64,000 nt of DNA from Eledone cirrhosa. Taxonomy: Eukaryota. A program made the position numbers and the translations under genes. How positions within the stretch are numbered: position 1 is the first letter of the stretch; each line of letters begins with the position of its first letter. This document shows, one piece after another, positions 24,034 through 37,110 of this stretch. The stretch is taken from the NCBI GenBank assembly GCA_964016885.1, contig OZ024740.1:359662001-359726000 (forward strand), written 5' to 3'. The notes beneath the pieces are model-generated. The model saw nothing but the letters and a program-made list of their open reading frames with translations. It was not told the origin of the DNA and did no database searches.

Positions 24034-27000
24034 TTAACAATAAGGAATAACAAATATCAAAATTTGCTGATCAGTAGACAGTATTAAAAAAAAAAAAAAT
24101 GTAAATAAAATCCGTGAGTCTACTTCCGTGGTAATGGCACATAAAAAAGCCAAATAGCTAAATGTCTTTCCAAGAAAACTTGGTGTAGAATAAAATTTAA
24201 GTAGAATGTCTTTAAAAGGCTAATGTTAATCATTTAATAGATATATTTTAATTGCTACCCTTCTAGAAAGACTTCTGCATTTGTCAAGTCATAAAAGGAA
24301 GAGGAAGGAAGGAATTATTTTAATTATCTAATCTGCTCTTAATTGATTAAAAGGTTCCATTAATTGCTGCAGTGACATATTCTGTTAGCATCATTTATTT
24401 AATGTATTCTAGGCAGTAGATTTCATGTATAAATAGAATTTTAATGTTTGGTGGAATAATAATAATTGTTTCTACTTTTGGCACAAGGCCAGCAATTATC
24501 CCAGTGTATTACTGGTACTTTATTTTATCGACCCCGTACGGATGAAAGGCAAAGTTAACCTCAGCGGGATTTGAACTCAGACCATAAAAGGCCGTAACTC
24601 TTTGCTGCAATAATAATAATAATGATTTCTACTATAGGCACAAGATTAGTAATTTGGGGGGAGGGGAAAGTCGATTAAATCGACCCCAGTGCATTACTGG
24701 CGGGATTCGAACTCAGTCCGTAAAGGGCCATAACTCTAAGCCCCAAAGCATATTGACTGACACTTTACCGATACTGCTAATCTACCAAATAATAATAATA
24801 ATAATAATTGTTTCTATTTTAGGCAAACCACCAATAATAATAATAATTGTCCTACATTTGGCAATTGATCCCAATACTTAACTGGTACTTTGTTTTATTG
24901 ACCCTCAAAGGATGAAAGGCAAAGTTGACCTTCGCGGGATTTGAACTAAGAAAGTAAAAATTCAGAAAGAAATGTTTTGTAGCATTTGTTCTGAATTTTT
25001 TACTAAAGATTTTGCCAATTCACCAAACAACAATAACAATAATTGTTTCTACTAATGGTTTCAAATTTAGGCATAAGAAATTTAGGGTGTGAGAAGTTAA
25101 TCTACGAAATTCACCCCATACTTGACTGGTACTATATTTTATTGAAATCCCGCCGAGGTTAACTTTGCCTTTCATCCTTACGGGGGTCGATAAAATAAAG
25201 TACCATTAATGTACTGGGTAATTGCTGGCCTTGTGCCAAAAGTAGAAACAACTATATTTTATTGACCCCTGAGAGGGTAAAAAATATTAAATTTATTGAC
25301 CCTATAAGTAAGGCTGTCAACAACAGGAATTAAATTTCTAAGCTGTCAAAACAAAATACTTGAGTGTATTTAGTCTAGTATGTCACTGATTCCCTCAACT
25401 TACCACCTACCTTCCTTTGGTAGTAAATGGTATTTAATTCCTAACTAAATAGTATGATTCAAGTTGAATCACTTACTTATCACTCTGATCCAAAGCTAAA
25501 TTAATGTTGGACTTAATTTTATTCAATTTATCTATTTATCAAAAGTTTTGTGTTAATATTTGAATTACAGTTGTTCCTTTTCATTGGCATATACGTTTAT
25601 CTACAATATAAATTTTTGTGTTTTTAAGCATTCTGATTTATCTTTTCCCATTAGAGCACTCTACAGGTATTTTTCTTGATGATATACAAAGTGACCACTT
25701 CCTTCTTTTGTTCATTGCCAGTTGATTTCATAAATTATCTGCTTGAGTACATGTTTTTAGTTAAGGATTAAAATATTGTTCTGTTCATGTGTCTGTGATG
25801 ATTCAGAAAACACTATAAAATTAAATGAAATTAAATATAAAAATGAATAGAGGCTGGAATACTAAAAAAGACTGTATGCTAGTGGGGTGGAGCATATCCA
25901 CATAAAAAATATAATAAAGGAATAGAAAGAAATATAAATTTTTAACCAAATAATTATCTAAATGATGAATTATCTAACATAAGTCAAAGTTGACAGTATG
26001 GCTGGAGGAGCAGGTTCGAGGCACCAGCAACAATTATATACTTAGTTTAAGGTAATGTCAGTTGGCCTTGATGTGGGAAAAAGGGGTTGAATGTGGGATG
26101 TTGACATGTGGGAGGTGTTGACAAAGCAGCCCCTTGCATAGCAGGTGGGATGGTGTCAGTCTGTTGTGGTTCTCTGTTTTTCTGCCAGCATCCAGATGTG
26201 CAGAACAAGCTTTGAAAGTTTCACATTTGGTGTTTATACAAGCATTTGGTTCAAGTTCTTTAAACCGGCCGTATCCAGCCAGAATTATCTCTCCTCTTTC
26301 TGTTCAAATCAGTTGTAACCGGCCAATCATAAGTTAAGGTATTCAAAATAAATGATATCAAAATATATATATGAGTCTGAGTTCAACTGAGGGTAACCAC
26401 AGGTAGTAAGGTACTCAATATTAGATGTGATATATATAAATTTCTCCTTATAAATTGTATGTTAAAAAGTAATTTGCCACTCTGGGATATTATTTCCAGT
26501 TGTGGTAAATTTGAAGAGTTGCAAATTACCTTTTAACATGTAATTCATACAATGAAACTTTGAAACAGCTGTTATATTTACCATCTAAAGTACATTATGT
26601 GGTAAGTATAACAGAATACATATACATAGATAAGATCCTTCAGTTGTGTTAAAGACATGACAACCTCCCTAGTGTTGGTGATCTAAACAATAAAAATACC
26701 CAGTACATGCTGTAAAGTAGTTGGTGATATGAAGGGCATCCAGCCATAGAATGCTTGTCAAATAAAGGGTTCGGAGGACCCTTCAGTTATGTCAAAGACA
26801 TGACAAAACTCTATTGCTGGTGCCAAGATAAATGCACTTGGTAGAACATGGAAATGTATGTGAGATGTGAACTTCCAGCCTTTCTGAGAGGTTAGTAGCC
26901 CCACTTCAGTACTGACTCAGTCTGTAAAGACCCATCCAACTCTTGCTAGTAGAGAAAGTGGATGTTAAATAATGATGATGATGAAACACATACATACACA

Positions 27001-27112
27001 TTATATCATGACTTACAAAGATTTTGTTGCCTAATAATATGGTATTAGAATATGAATATTGTGTGAGATAAAATATATTGACTTATATTTATTTCTGTTT
27101 TTCTATTTTCAG

Positions 27113-28003
27113 CCCCTTCTATGTCGGCCCATGCTGGTGAATTTCATATCCGACCACAAAGTAGATACAAATATAGAATTTAAAAAATCTAAAGTTCCTT
27201 TAACATTTCACACTGCTCATGAATCTGGACCTCCTCTTGTATTAATGCTTGGCTGGATGTTTGCTCGCAGCCACCATCTGGTGAAATATAGTAATATTTA
27301 CTGCAGCAGAGGTTTTGATGTATTACAAATCAGTGTAAACCCATTACAAGTTCTTCGACCTAGTCGAGCGCAAAGTTTTGTTGAGAAAATTTTTGATCTT
27401 TTAGAAAAGGATGACTACATAAATAAACCTATTTTAGTCCATGGATTCTCAGTAGGAGGTTACATTTATGGTGAAATGCTTGTGAAAATGGATAAAGAAC
27501 CAAAGAAGCTTGCAGCTCTTGGTAAACGTATTATCGGTCAGGTTTTTGATAGTCCTGTAGATAAGGATCGAGTGGCATATGGTATGTCAGTAAATATTGG
27601 AAAAAACTATCTTTCTCAAAGACTAATCTTTCATTTCTTAAATCAATATTTGAAAATCTTCAAAAAGTCTGTATCTGACCATTTTTCAAAAGCCAACAAT
27701 GCTTTCATACAAAATGCACGAAGGATTCCTACTCTGTTATTATATTCATATAAAGATTCTATTGCAAACCCTGAAGTAATTGAGAGTACTATATCGTCAT
27801 GGGAAAATGATGGAATTCCTGTCCTTTACAAATCATGGAATGATACCAAGCATGTTAGCCACTTACAGAAATATCCTGAAGAATATATTGAGATTTTATT
27901 AAGTTTCTTGGAGCGATTGCCTGTAATCTGTGATTCAATTGACAATTGTAAAACTGTTGAAGCTGAACATTTACCAACACGTTCATCCAGTTCATTACCT
28001 TGA
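27113..28003 (+). CDS. TMEM53/DUF829-family alpha/beta-hydrolase-fold protein, main exon
   Basis: Polypyrimidine tract plus CAG acceptor at 27112. Motifs PLVLMLGW, LVKYSNIY, HGFSVGG, GQVFDSP, LLLYSYKD and HVSHLQKYPEEY. Uninterrupted to TGA. Confidence 0.9.
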   Translation, partial: PLLCRPMLVNFISDHKVDTNIEFKKSKVPLTFHTAHESGPPLVLMLGWMFARSHHLVKYSNIYCSRGFDVLQISVNPLQVLRPSRAQSFVEKIFDLLEKDDYINKPILVHGFSVGGYIYGEMLVKMDKEPKKLAALGKRIIGQVFDSPVDKDRVAYGMSVNIGKNYLSQRLIFHFLNQYLKIFKKSVSDHFSKANNAFIQNARRIPTLLLYSYKDSIANPEVIESTISSWENDGIPVLYKSWNDTKHVSHLQKYPEEYIEILLSFLERLPVICDSIDNCKTVEAEHLPTRSSSSLP

Positions 28004-29706
28004 TATTGTCCTTTTAGATTATTCTACTACTGTCTCAAGAAATTCATATAGTATTTTTTAAAGAAATACTTTACAAGTATCACTTATTTACAAAGTACTT
28101 TATTCTGTAGATACATTATATTGACTTTACAAAGTATTAATACTACAGTTATATCAGTCTCAACAAAATACTTACTTCACACTTTTTTCTACAGATATCA
28201 CATAGTACTTTACAAAAGACCTATTCTTCAGATATATTATCTTTATGAAATACACATACAACAGCTATTTACACTAAGCTACTGCAAATGATCGTCTAAA
28301 ATATGCCCAGATTAGCATTATTTTATGGGTATATTCCCCTTGAACCAAACACAAAGATATCAATTGGATAGCAAAGGGTAATGGGTGTCAAAAATTTATA
28401 ATGATGGATTAAATATCTTGCAGTATTTAGTTACATCTCTTTACATTCTAAGATTAATCAAGTTGATTTAATCAACTAACCCTTCTCCCCAAAATTTATG
28501 GCCTTGTACCTCTGCTTGAAACAATTATTATTAACATTAGACTGGCAGAATCTTTATAGCATGAGACAAAATGCATTGAGATACTTACTCCTGGCCCTTT
28601 ATGGTCCGAGTTCAAATCCTGCCAAGTTCAACTTTGCCTTTCCACCAAAATTGCTGGTCTTGTGCCAAAAAATAGAACCCATTCTTATTATTATTTTTGT
28701 TGTTGTTGTTGTTGTTGTTATAAACATTTCAATTGTCAGTGAACACTGGAGTCTCTAAATTTGGTATCCAAATGTGGGATGGTTATGACCTTCAACAGTC
28801 TCTAAATGTCATTTAGTATGACTTCTACTAAAGCTCCTAAAGATTTATTCACTGTCCTTTTGGCTTCTTGTACTGAATTTTTATTGTTTGCATATAAAGT
28901 ACTTACTGTGTTCTAAACAGTAGTTTGCTGTTGTTTGGCTCCAGGTCAGCCCTGAACATGTAAATCTATGGTCAAAATGTTCCAGTCGACCATCCTTTTT
29001 TCTTTCAGATTATTCCTTCCTTTAAGATGGTAGTGTGATATGAGGGACATTTGGCTGCTATTTCTAGTAGGTTGGACAACTATGTAAAGGCTCCCTTTTT
29101 AGCTGTTTTATTAATCAAGAGGAATTAATGTAAGTTTGTGAAACAATAAACTGATTGTAATTATGTTACTGTGGCAGAATTGGTAGAGTGACAAAGTTAA
29201 TACAGTATGGTATTTAATTATGTAAATTTATATTGTGTCCAAATCCTGCCAGTTTTAACTTTGCCTTTCATCCCTCTGTGGTTGATAAAATAGGTACTAA
29301 TTAAGTACTGAAAGGGTTGACCTGACTGATGCCCTGCTCCAAAACCTCTAACCTTGTGCCTAAGTTAGAAAAGAATATATTATTTGCAGAATTGCATGTC
29401 AACCTGGTGGTGGTGGTAGTAGTAGTAGTAGTAGTAACAGCAGCAACATGTTTTGAACACCTGACCACATGTTCTCTAATCCAACAGAGATGGGACCCTT
29501 GAATAGAATGCTTAGTTTTATTCTCCATGTTTTTAACACCTGATGAGAACTTTAGATACAAATACTGCATCAAATACCTGACTTCCAAGATAAAGCTTTA
29601 ACCAATGCATCTTCTCTTGATGTTTGTTATTATTGTTTTTACTTACTTCAAAATTGAAAAAAGAAATAACATTGTTTGTTTGTTTTTGCATCAATTTGCA
29701 TAATAC

Positions 29707-30146
29707 TTTATAGTTATAGAAGTAGTAATGGTGCCACGAGTAATCATTTTAGTAGAAAGATATAGGAATATCACCAAGACTTTAGCATGTTTTTACATAA
29801 TTTATTAACAAAGGTGAAGAGGTGGATTAAGCTGGCATGCCAAGAGAAATGAAATAAATCAATTAAGATTACAAGAGAAAATACGGTCGACTGGCTGAGG
29901 CGTTTGGCTAGGCTCATAGTAATGTTTTGTCGTTACATATTGTTTGTGCTTACGGAGCAAAAGAATAAGTGGTCTTTACCTTAGCATGGTCTAGCTGCAA
30001 GAGAGAGAGATTTCTGAGCTGACACGGGAATTTTTCCTGCAGGGCGTGTCAAGATACATTCTCCTACGCTGGCGGCGATTGGGTGAGCTGAGCCAAATAA
30101 CGCATGGAGAATGTATCTATGAGCCCAAGGAACGTAGGTCACTACA
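29707..30146 (-). mobile_element. Solo LTR related to element A LTR
   Basis: Reverse-complement similarity to 8875-9310, TG...AA ends, and 4-bp TSD ATAC (29703-29706, 30147-30150). Confidence 0.85.
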
Positions 30147-30206
30147 ATACAATGGAGTGTCTTTATTTTATCTTTTTCAAAAATATTATTTGACTCCATT
30201 TAAGTA

Positions 30207-30429
30207 CCCTTTAGCATTTACATTACTCTATATATAAACTATTGTATTTTTGTGGTAAAGGCTTTACCTTATATAATTATCTCACATAATATTGAATCTA
30301 TGAGATTTGTATGTTATTTATTTTGAAAACAACACCCTAACATCAGTATGAGTGGCCAGTTACGACCGGTTTGAACAGAAAGAGGTGAGAGAATTCTGGC
30401 CAGATATAGCCAGTTTAAATGCGAAAGGG
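30207..30429. mobile_element. piggyBac-type MITE (same family as 23833, opposite orientation)
   Basis: CCCTTTAGCATTTA...TAAATGCGAAAGGG|TTAA. A further copy at ~35860-36210 carries a SINE insertion. Confidence 0.75.
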
Positions 30430-30540
30430 TTAATTTCCAGTTGAAACTGTCTCACTTAGATTACTAAATATCACTCTTCACAGGGGCATGAATATCACAA
30501 CTTCCCATCCTTGCACTTTCTTATAAATCAGATGTTTTAT

Positions 30541-31479
30541 CCTTTTTGTTACCATATTTCCAGTGAAAAAAGACACTACTTATGAGTTCTCTAATAATTC
30601 TTTAGTAAAATAATTTTCTCATTTTCAAGCTGGTGCTTGCCACATAACTTAAAGTATCTTAAATGAAATTATGATGGAAGGTGATCTCTGATATGCTCTT
30701 CATAGGTTTGATGCTGAGTGCTGCATGGCTGGAATGAAAACCAATGTTATGAAGACTGAGACAGTTGTTGTCCTCTCAAGGAAGCCTGCACAGTGCACTC
30801 TAACTCTATATGTGGAGTTGTACTGAAGCATGTGCAGAAGTACAAGTATCTCAGAGCTGAGTTCATGAGTGATGGAGGGCAGGGTGATGAATTAAGTGCC
30901 AGAATCACAGGAGCTGGTGCAGTAATGCACCAGCTTCAGCATTCAGAAATCAGAAGGGAGGTAGGTGTAAAAGCCAAACTCGCTATTTTCAATTCAGTAT
31001 TTGTGCCAACCCTTACCTATGGTCATGAATCTTGGGTAATGACCGAGAGAATATCATCACAAATGCAAGTAGCTGAAATGGTGTTTCTCCGAAGGGTCTT
31101 TGGCGTAACATTACCCCAGAGAGTGTGGAGATCAGAGAGTCACTCCAGAGAGAGTTGCTACTTCTTCGAATTGAGAGATCACTGCTCTGATGTTATGGGC
31201 ATGTGGTTAGAATGTCTCAGGAAAGAATCGCTGGACAGATTTTATAAGCAAAACCAACCGGCAGGAGACCTAGAGGTCAACCTCGAGCAAGATGGTTTGG
31301 CTGGTCTCACTTAGGGATCCAGCTGGATCAATTGGAGATAGTTGCTTCTGACAGGACTCTGCCCCTATGACCCTTTCAGGAATAAGTTGGTGAAGAAGGG
31401 GTTTTTGAATATTCATATAAGTACTTTAAAACAAACAGTTTTGTATCATAGGATCAGGGAAAGTTTGGTATGAAAAGGG
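30541..31479. mobile_element. Second TTAA MITE family copy containing an RTE LINE fragment (~30690-31400, +)
   Basis: Ends CCTTTTTGTTACC...GGTATGAAAAGGG|TTAA. Related copies at ~20461 and ~32063. The insert encodes KYL...PTLTYGHESW...AEMVFLRR. Confidence 0.55.
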
Positions 31480-34112
31480 TTAATATAAAAATTGAATTGA
31501 ATTCTTCCTCTAATCTTCCTCTTAACTGGATCAATAACATAAGACCTTTTTATTGTGAATAACTATTTTCCAATCCTGACTAAGGTCAACTTTCCCTTTC
31601 ATCCTTCCAGAGTCAATAAAATAAAGGACCAGTCAAGTACTGGGGCTGATTTAATCCACATTACCTTTTCCCCAAAAAATGTTTGGCCTTGTTCCAAATT
31701 TAGAAGGTATTATTATTAGCATTATTATTTCACCTAAGAATGGGTCTTTCGATAGGCTTATGCTATATTCCTTCCATAATTGCAAAAATAATGTTGTTCA
31801 TTGGGGAAAAGGAGAAAATTTGTTTCTGTTGAAGTTTGAAGATATGAGAAATGTCAATCATCTTGATAACCAACTGAACCAAACAAAAGTCATTATAACA
31901 CCACAAGCTACGTATTTTTTTAGTTAGTGTGGCAGGGGCCAGTAGAGTAATATACTTTGAAACCAATCATATATCTTATTCACATTAAAATAATTATCAC
32001 CATTAAGTGAAAGGTAAAGCGATGACATGATTTGAATGAAGAATGCACTAGAATGGGTTTAACTCTTTTGTTACTGTTATTATATTTCTATTAAAATACA
32101 CTAATATTGAGGAATTTGGTGGGATTTAACTAAAATTGATTTATTATTTCATTATCATAATGGTGTTTGTAACATAACAAAAGTAAAATTATGTTGGCAG
32201 GTTTTAATTCAAAATAGAAACCCTTTAAAATGGGCAACTTTTTTTTTTTTTCATAGAACCAGGGGCAGTTTTTGGCAAGTTGATGTCCAAAGAGTTCTTC
32301 AGCCTTAGTGGTAGTAATACTCAAACTCTATACTATATAATCCCACAAAACACCTTGAGCCAATAAGGGAGCTTCTTCACGATTGCTATATTTGCAAGAA
32401 ATAGCAACCCAATCTTGATAATTGAGCAAAGCTATGGCTCAAAACATCCCAGTCATAACTGTCCTGTCCCTCCCACAGTTTTTTCCAGGCAGTAGGCTAT
32501 ATCCAATGTGCCCTTTTTTTAATACAAAAATGACCCATATTTCTAGACCAAAGAAATAGGATAAAGTTCTAGTCAAGTACTGGGGTTAATGTAATTAAAT
32601 TTCTCACACCCTTTATTTGTGGCTTGTGTCTGAAATAAATTATTACTATTCCTTATTCATAACATTAACTGTGTTGATATATTTATTTCTAAATATGTAA
32701 ACTTGGATTGTTATTTTCATCAAGTAACTGTGATCAGAAACTAGTAACATTTGTTTCAATAAATCCTTTATCTGGATTTATAATTTTTGTTGTTGCTTTC
32801 TTATAAGTTTTGGCAGGTTGGTATCAAAAAGGTTAACAACTTGACAATATAACCTTCAGCACACTATTTCATTGTTGTAGATTTTGATAATAGCTAAGTA
32901 GTATTTATCTGTGGCAAGTTTATAAAAAGCAAGTACGTCAGACATACAACTCCGTTTTGGAAATTCATAGAAGAAAAAAAAAAGAGTCTGTTGTAAACAT
33001 TTGTGAAACTTTGAAGGGAAATACTAGGTTGGTGCATTAATTGGGTTACATTATCAAGTTGTAATTATAATCTTGAGTAAGCTGAAGAACAAAGTTACGT
33101 CATATAGTGGGATCGACTGAAATTAAAATATTAGTACTGTACAGTAGTAATGTGTGTGTGAATGCATATGTCATTTACAAATACCAAATGCATTAGTAAG
33201 TTTAATAGATAAACATTGGGTTGGAAAGAAAGTCTTGTGACTTTTTTTTGAAAAATAAAGGACTAAATTCTATTTCATGATAATTGACATATCTTCCTAG
33301 TGCTAGTGCTATGATAAAATGTATTTGGTAGAGCACAGGATCATATGTAAGCAAGCTGTGGAGCCCTAGCTTGTCTGAGCACTCATTAGTATATGGGAAA
33401 TGTTGGCCCTCAGTTTATCTGAGAGTACTGATCTTTCAACCTTTGCTTGCAGGGAAAACAAACATTAGATAATATTAATATATTTCTTCATTTTCAATTG
33501 AGTGATCATTAATGCTTTGGACATAAAATTCTTTAGGTTTCAAGTCAAAAACTACTAATGTCATTTTTAATCTCACTGTAATTGGTAAACTGTTTCTCAT
33601 CCAAGAAATGTAAAGATCTGAAAAGGTAATGACTGCTGGAGCAATTGAATAGGAAGGATGAGACAAAACCTTCACTTTTAGAGCAAGAATATTTTCCTGT
33701 GGTCTTGTGATTCTCTTACCACTAATTTGATAAAAGAGACTACTGAAAGTAAGAAAAAAGAAAGTGATGGATGTCAACAGTGATTGAGAGAAAATGATGA
33801 TAGAGAAGGGCTAGTGATGATAGTCAAAAGTCAGCATTAAGTAAAGAAAGAGATGGCTATTAATCTAGAAGAGGAAATTGAATGCGGACAGATTCATCAT
33901 TTATTACACAGAAGTGTGGAGATAGATTGATAGCAGGAAAACACATTGATAGGTAAAGGGTAAATGATTGAAGAGAAATGAAGAGTGGTATATGGAGATA
34001 AGTAATGGAGGGTGACCTCCTTGTGATATCAGCAAGTGTTTTTGTACTCAAGTGTATAAGTATATTTTTTTGATAAGGTATTTATGTGTTTACGTATACA
34101 TTTGGATATATA

Positions 34113-35237
34113 TATCATCATCATCATTATCACTCATTTACAGTGAGTGCTGGATGCTTTTTTTCCGTGACGCCTACACGTCCACTTTACAGTGTGGGCT
34201 GAGTGCTTTTTTGCAGTGGGAGGGTGTGGGGGCATATTGTCTATATGCTTCAGCTTGTACCCATGGGCGGTCGGGTACTCTATTACTGCGTGACGCCAGA
34301 GATCATGGTCGTGTGTCATCGCCTTTGAGAGGTGTAATTGGGTAAGGTCGGCTTTTATCACCTCATCCCAGGTCTTCTTTGGTCTCCCCACTCCGCGGTT
34401 TCCATTGACTTCTAGTGCTCTGCACCTTTGTATGCAGCTGTCATCCTTCATACACATCACATGTCCGTACCAACGCAACCGCCTCTCCTGCACACAGCAT
34501 TTGATTCCTCTTATGCTCTCTCAATTCATTTATGCTTTACCGTTTGCGTATATTACTATTACACATCCATCAGAGCATGCAGGCTTCGTTTCTCTCTAAT
34601 CTACGTAAGTCTTCCACCTTCAGCGCCCAGGTCTCACTACCATGTAACATTGCTGTTCGGATACACGCATCATACAGTCTGCCTTTCATTTTGAGGGAGA
34701 AACCTTTTGCAGCTAGCAATGGCAGTAGTTCCCTGAACTTCTTCCATCCCGTTCTTACTCTAGTTATTGTACTTTCTGAACACCCACCTCCGCTGCTAAT
34801 TCGGTCACCTAGGTAGCAGAAGCTGTCTACTGTTTCTACAGAGCCTCCCAGAGATTGGTGGTACTTGTTTCCTGTGGCTGTTTGCTGCTTGCTGTCCCAG
34901 CACAGCTGCTACATGTGAAGCCTACATTCTTAATTAAGCTTCCTGAGATCCCGCTACATCTCTTGTGTACCCATTGTTTGCATTTGGGGCAGAGAATGGA
35001 GTTCCTACCTACACCTTTCATACATACTGAGCAAGGCCATTTCCCTGAGGGGATCTGGGTTCTGTTTTCTCGTCTACTTACAAAGACCTTAGTCGTTGTC
35101 ATGTTGACTTTGAGACCCTTTCTTTCTAGTCCCTGCTTCCAAGTTTGGAATTTCTTCTCTAGTTATACCATAGATTCAGCTATAAGTGCGAGGTCATCTG
35201 CATACAGGAGTTCCCATGGGCATCCGGTCTTAAACCT
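34113..35237 (-). mobile_element. 5'-truncated RTE-X LINE
   Basis: LLYADD, WPCSVC...[21 protein letters not shown] and a (GAT)n tail. Confidence 0.85.
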
Positions 35238-35265
35238 ATATATATATATATATACATATATACAC

Positions 35266-35300
<35 letters not shown>

Positions 35301-35579
35301 CAGCGAAGGAATTGTGGTAATGAACCAGATGGACCATAACGCAACAGAGAAATAGCCGTCAAAACGGCTTGAGCTCTGCCGTCAGGGTCATACCTTTTCC
35401 TATATATATATATACATATACATATATATATATACATACACATATATACATGGAAAGTAGACGTTAAATGATGATATATACATACATATTACTATAGCTT
35501 CAACATTTCTACTCAATGAACAGGGTGTCAGCCCATCCATCAATACACAAAAATGGAAGATATAATTCATTGAGGATTG

Positions 35580-35845
35580 GGTTGACAACCATCCACACCA
35601 CATCCCTTTCTTCATCCTAACTGAGACCCATCTCAACACCTCCCACTTGGAAATCAAGGAATTTTACAACCATCTGCGCAGATTGTTTTGACAGAAGGAA
35701 AGGAAGAACTGCCATCTTCCTGCATGATTCCTTTACGGCAGATGGAAATATCATATTCTCCAATGGCTACTGTGAATAAGTTACCATGCACAACAAAGCC
35801 AATGATTTGATAGTAGTTGGGCTCTATAGGCCACCCCAAATGTTC
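35580..35845 (+). pseudogene. CR1/L2-type AP endonuclease fragment
   Basis: ILTETHL, DRRKGRTAIF and LIVVGLYRPP by manual translation. Confidence 0.5.
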
Positions 35846-37076
35846 ATACTGTGCTTTAACTCTTTAGCATTTACATTATTCTTGTGGATTGGCAGTATCG
35901 GTAGAGGGTCGGACGCCATGCTTTTCAGCATAGAGTTATGGCCCTTTATGATCTGAGTTCAAATCCCGTCGAGGTTAACTTTGCCTTTCATCCTTATGGG
36001 GTCGATAAAATAAAGTACCAGTAATGCACTGGGATAATTGCTGGCCTTATTCTAATATACTATTGTATTTTCACATAAAAGGTTTTATCTTACATAATTA
36101 TCTCATAATATCGAATCTATGAAATTTTGATATTATTTATTTTGAGAACAATACCTTAACATCAGTATGAGCAGCCACTTATGACTAGTTAGAACAGAAA
36201 GAGATGACAATCCATCCATACTTTGCTAACAGGAAAAAGGGATGTTAAATGGTGATGATGTTTATTGAATATAACTTGGAAGAGTATGACACTCTATTCA
36301 GATATACAGACTGATTCAAGAGTCTGAACATCAAGATATGTCTCATTGAAAGTAGATTGTTAACTGTTTGCTGCCCCCCAAGCACTCTTTCTCTGAAGGG
36401 CTAATAGACCATAAGAAACCTTAGAATAAGCCTATGAAGAGATTTAAAGACTGTTTAAAGTCTAACCTCCTAAGAGAAGTAAGAACCATAATTTGAAATT
36501 AGGGAAGATTTGCATCAAATCCTGCACCTTAGAGTGTACATTTATGACAGTGGAGATAAAATTGTAGTGGAAAGCATCTTTCATGCAAAGTTGCTTTGTG
36601 CAACTTGCAAAATGAAAAGTTTAGAACTCCCAATGGGAAGAAGAACAAAGGAAGTGTTAATATGCATGCACTGCTGCCATACCCTGTTGTCTAAGACTGG
36701 ATTTATTAACGACTTGTAATTACCTGTGAGGCAGAAAACTAATTTCAAGTGCCCAACATGTAATCCACCTGTCAATCAAATTCAAGGTTATCAAAGCACA
36801 TTAATATGTTATTTTATCAATGGCAATTGAGATACACACATTAGTGTCATACACCTGTGAGAACTACAGTAGGTCAGTGGTAAGGTTTAAAAGCTACCTT
36901 ATAGTCTATGAGAGGGAGGCACTTCACCATCAATAGGTAGGAAAAAAATGAAGGAAGCTAAAAATGTAGTCATATTTGACTATCATATATATGTAAAAGG
37001 TAAACAGAAATAACAACATAATCGGTACAGTATATGGAAGGAATATATTTAACACTTGAAAAAGCAGGAATAGGAT

Positions 37077-37110
37077 CTTAACGTTTCGGACGCTAGTCCT
37101 TCATCAGAAG
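37077..37110 (-). ncRNA. Canonical minimal hammerhead
   Basis: Reverse complement is CTT-CTGATGA-A-GGAC(tagc)GTCC-GAAA-CG-TT-AAG. It sits in a ~200-bp repeat also found at ~2640-2760 and ~41345-41530. Confidence 0.75.

Noticed and set aside
27059-27112. N-terminal extension of the 314-aa ORF (MCEIKYIDLYLFLFFYFQ)
   Set aside because: It is the intron's polypyrimidine tract and acceptor, and the start codon is non-ATG.
35355-35390. AAAACGGC...GCCGTC stem III-like half hammerhead
   Set aside because: No upstream core, and GAAA is mutated.
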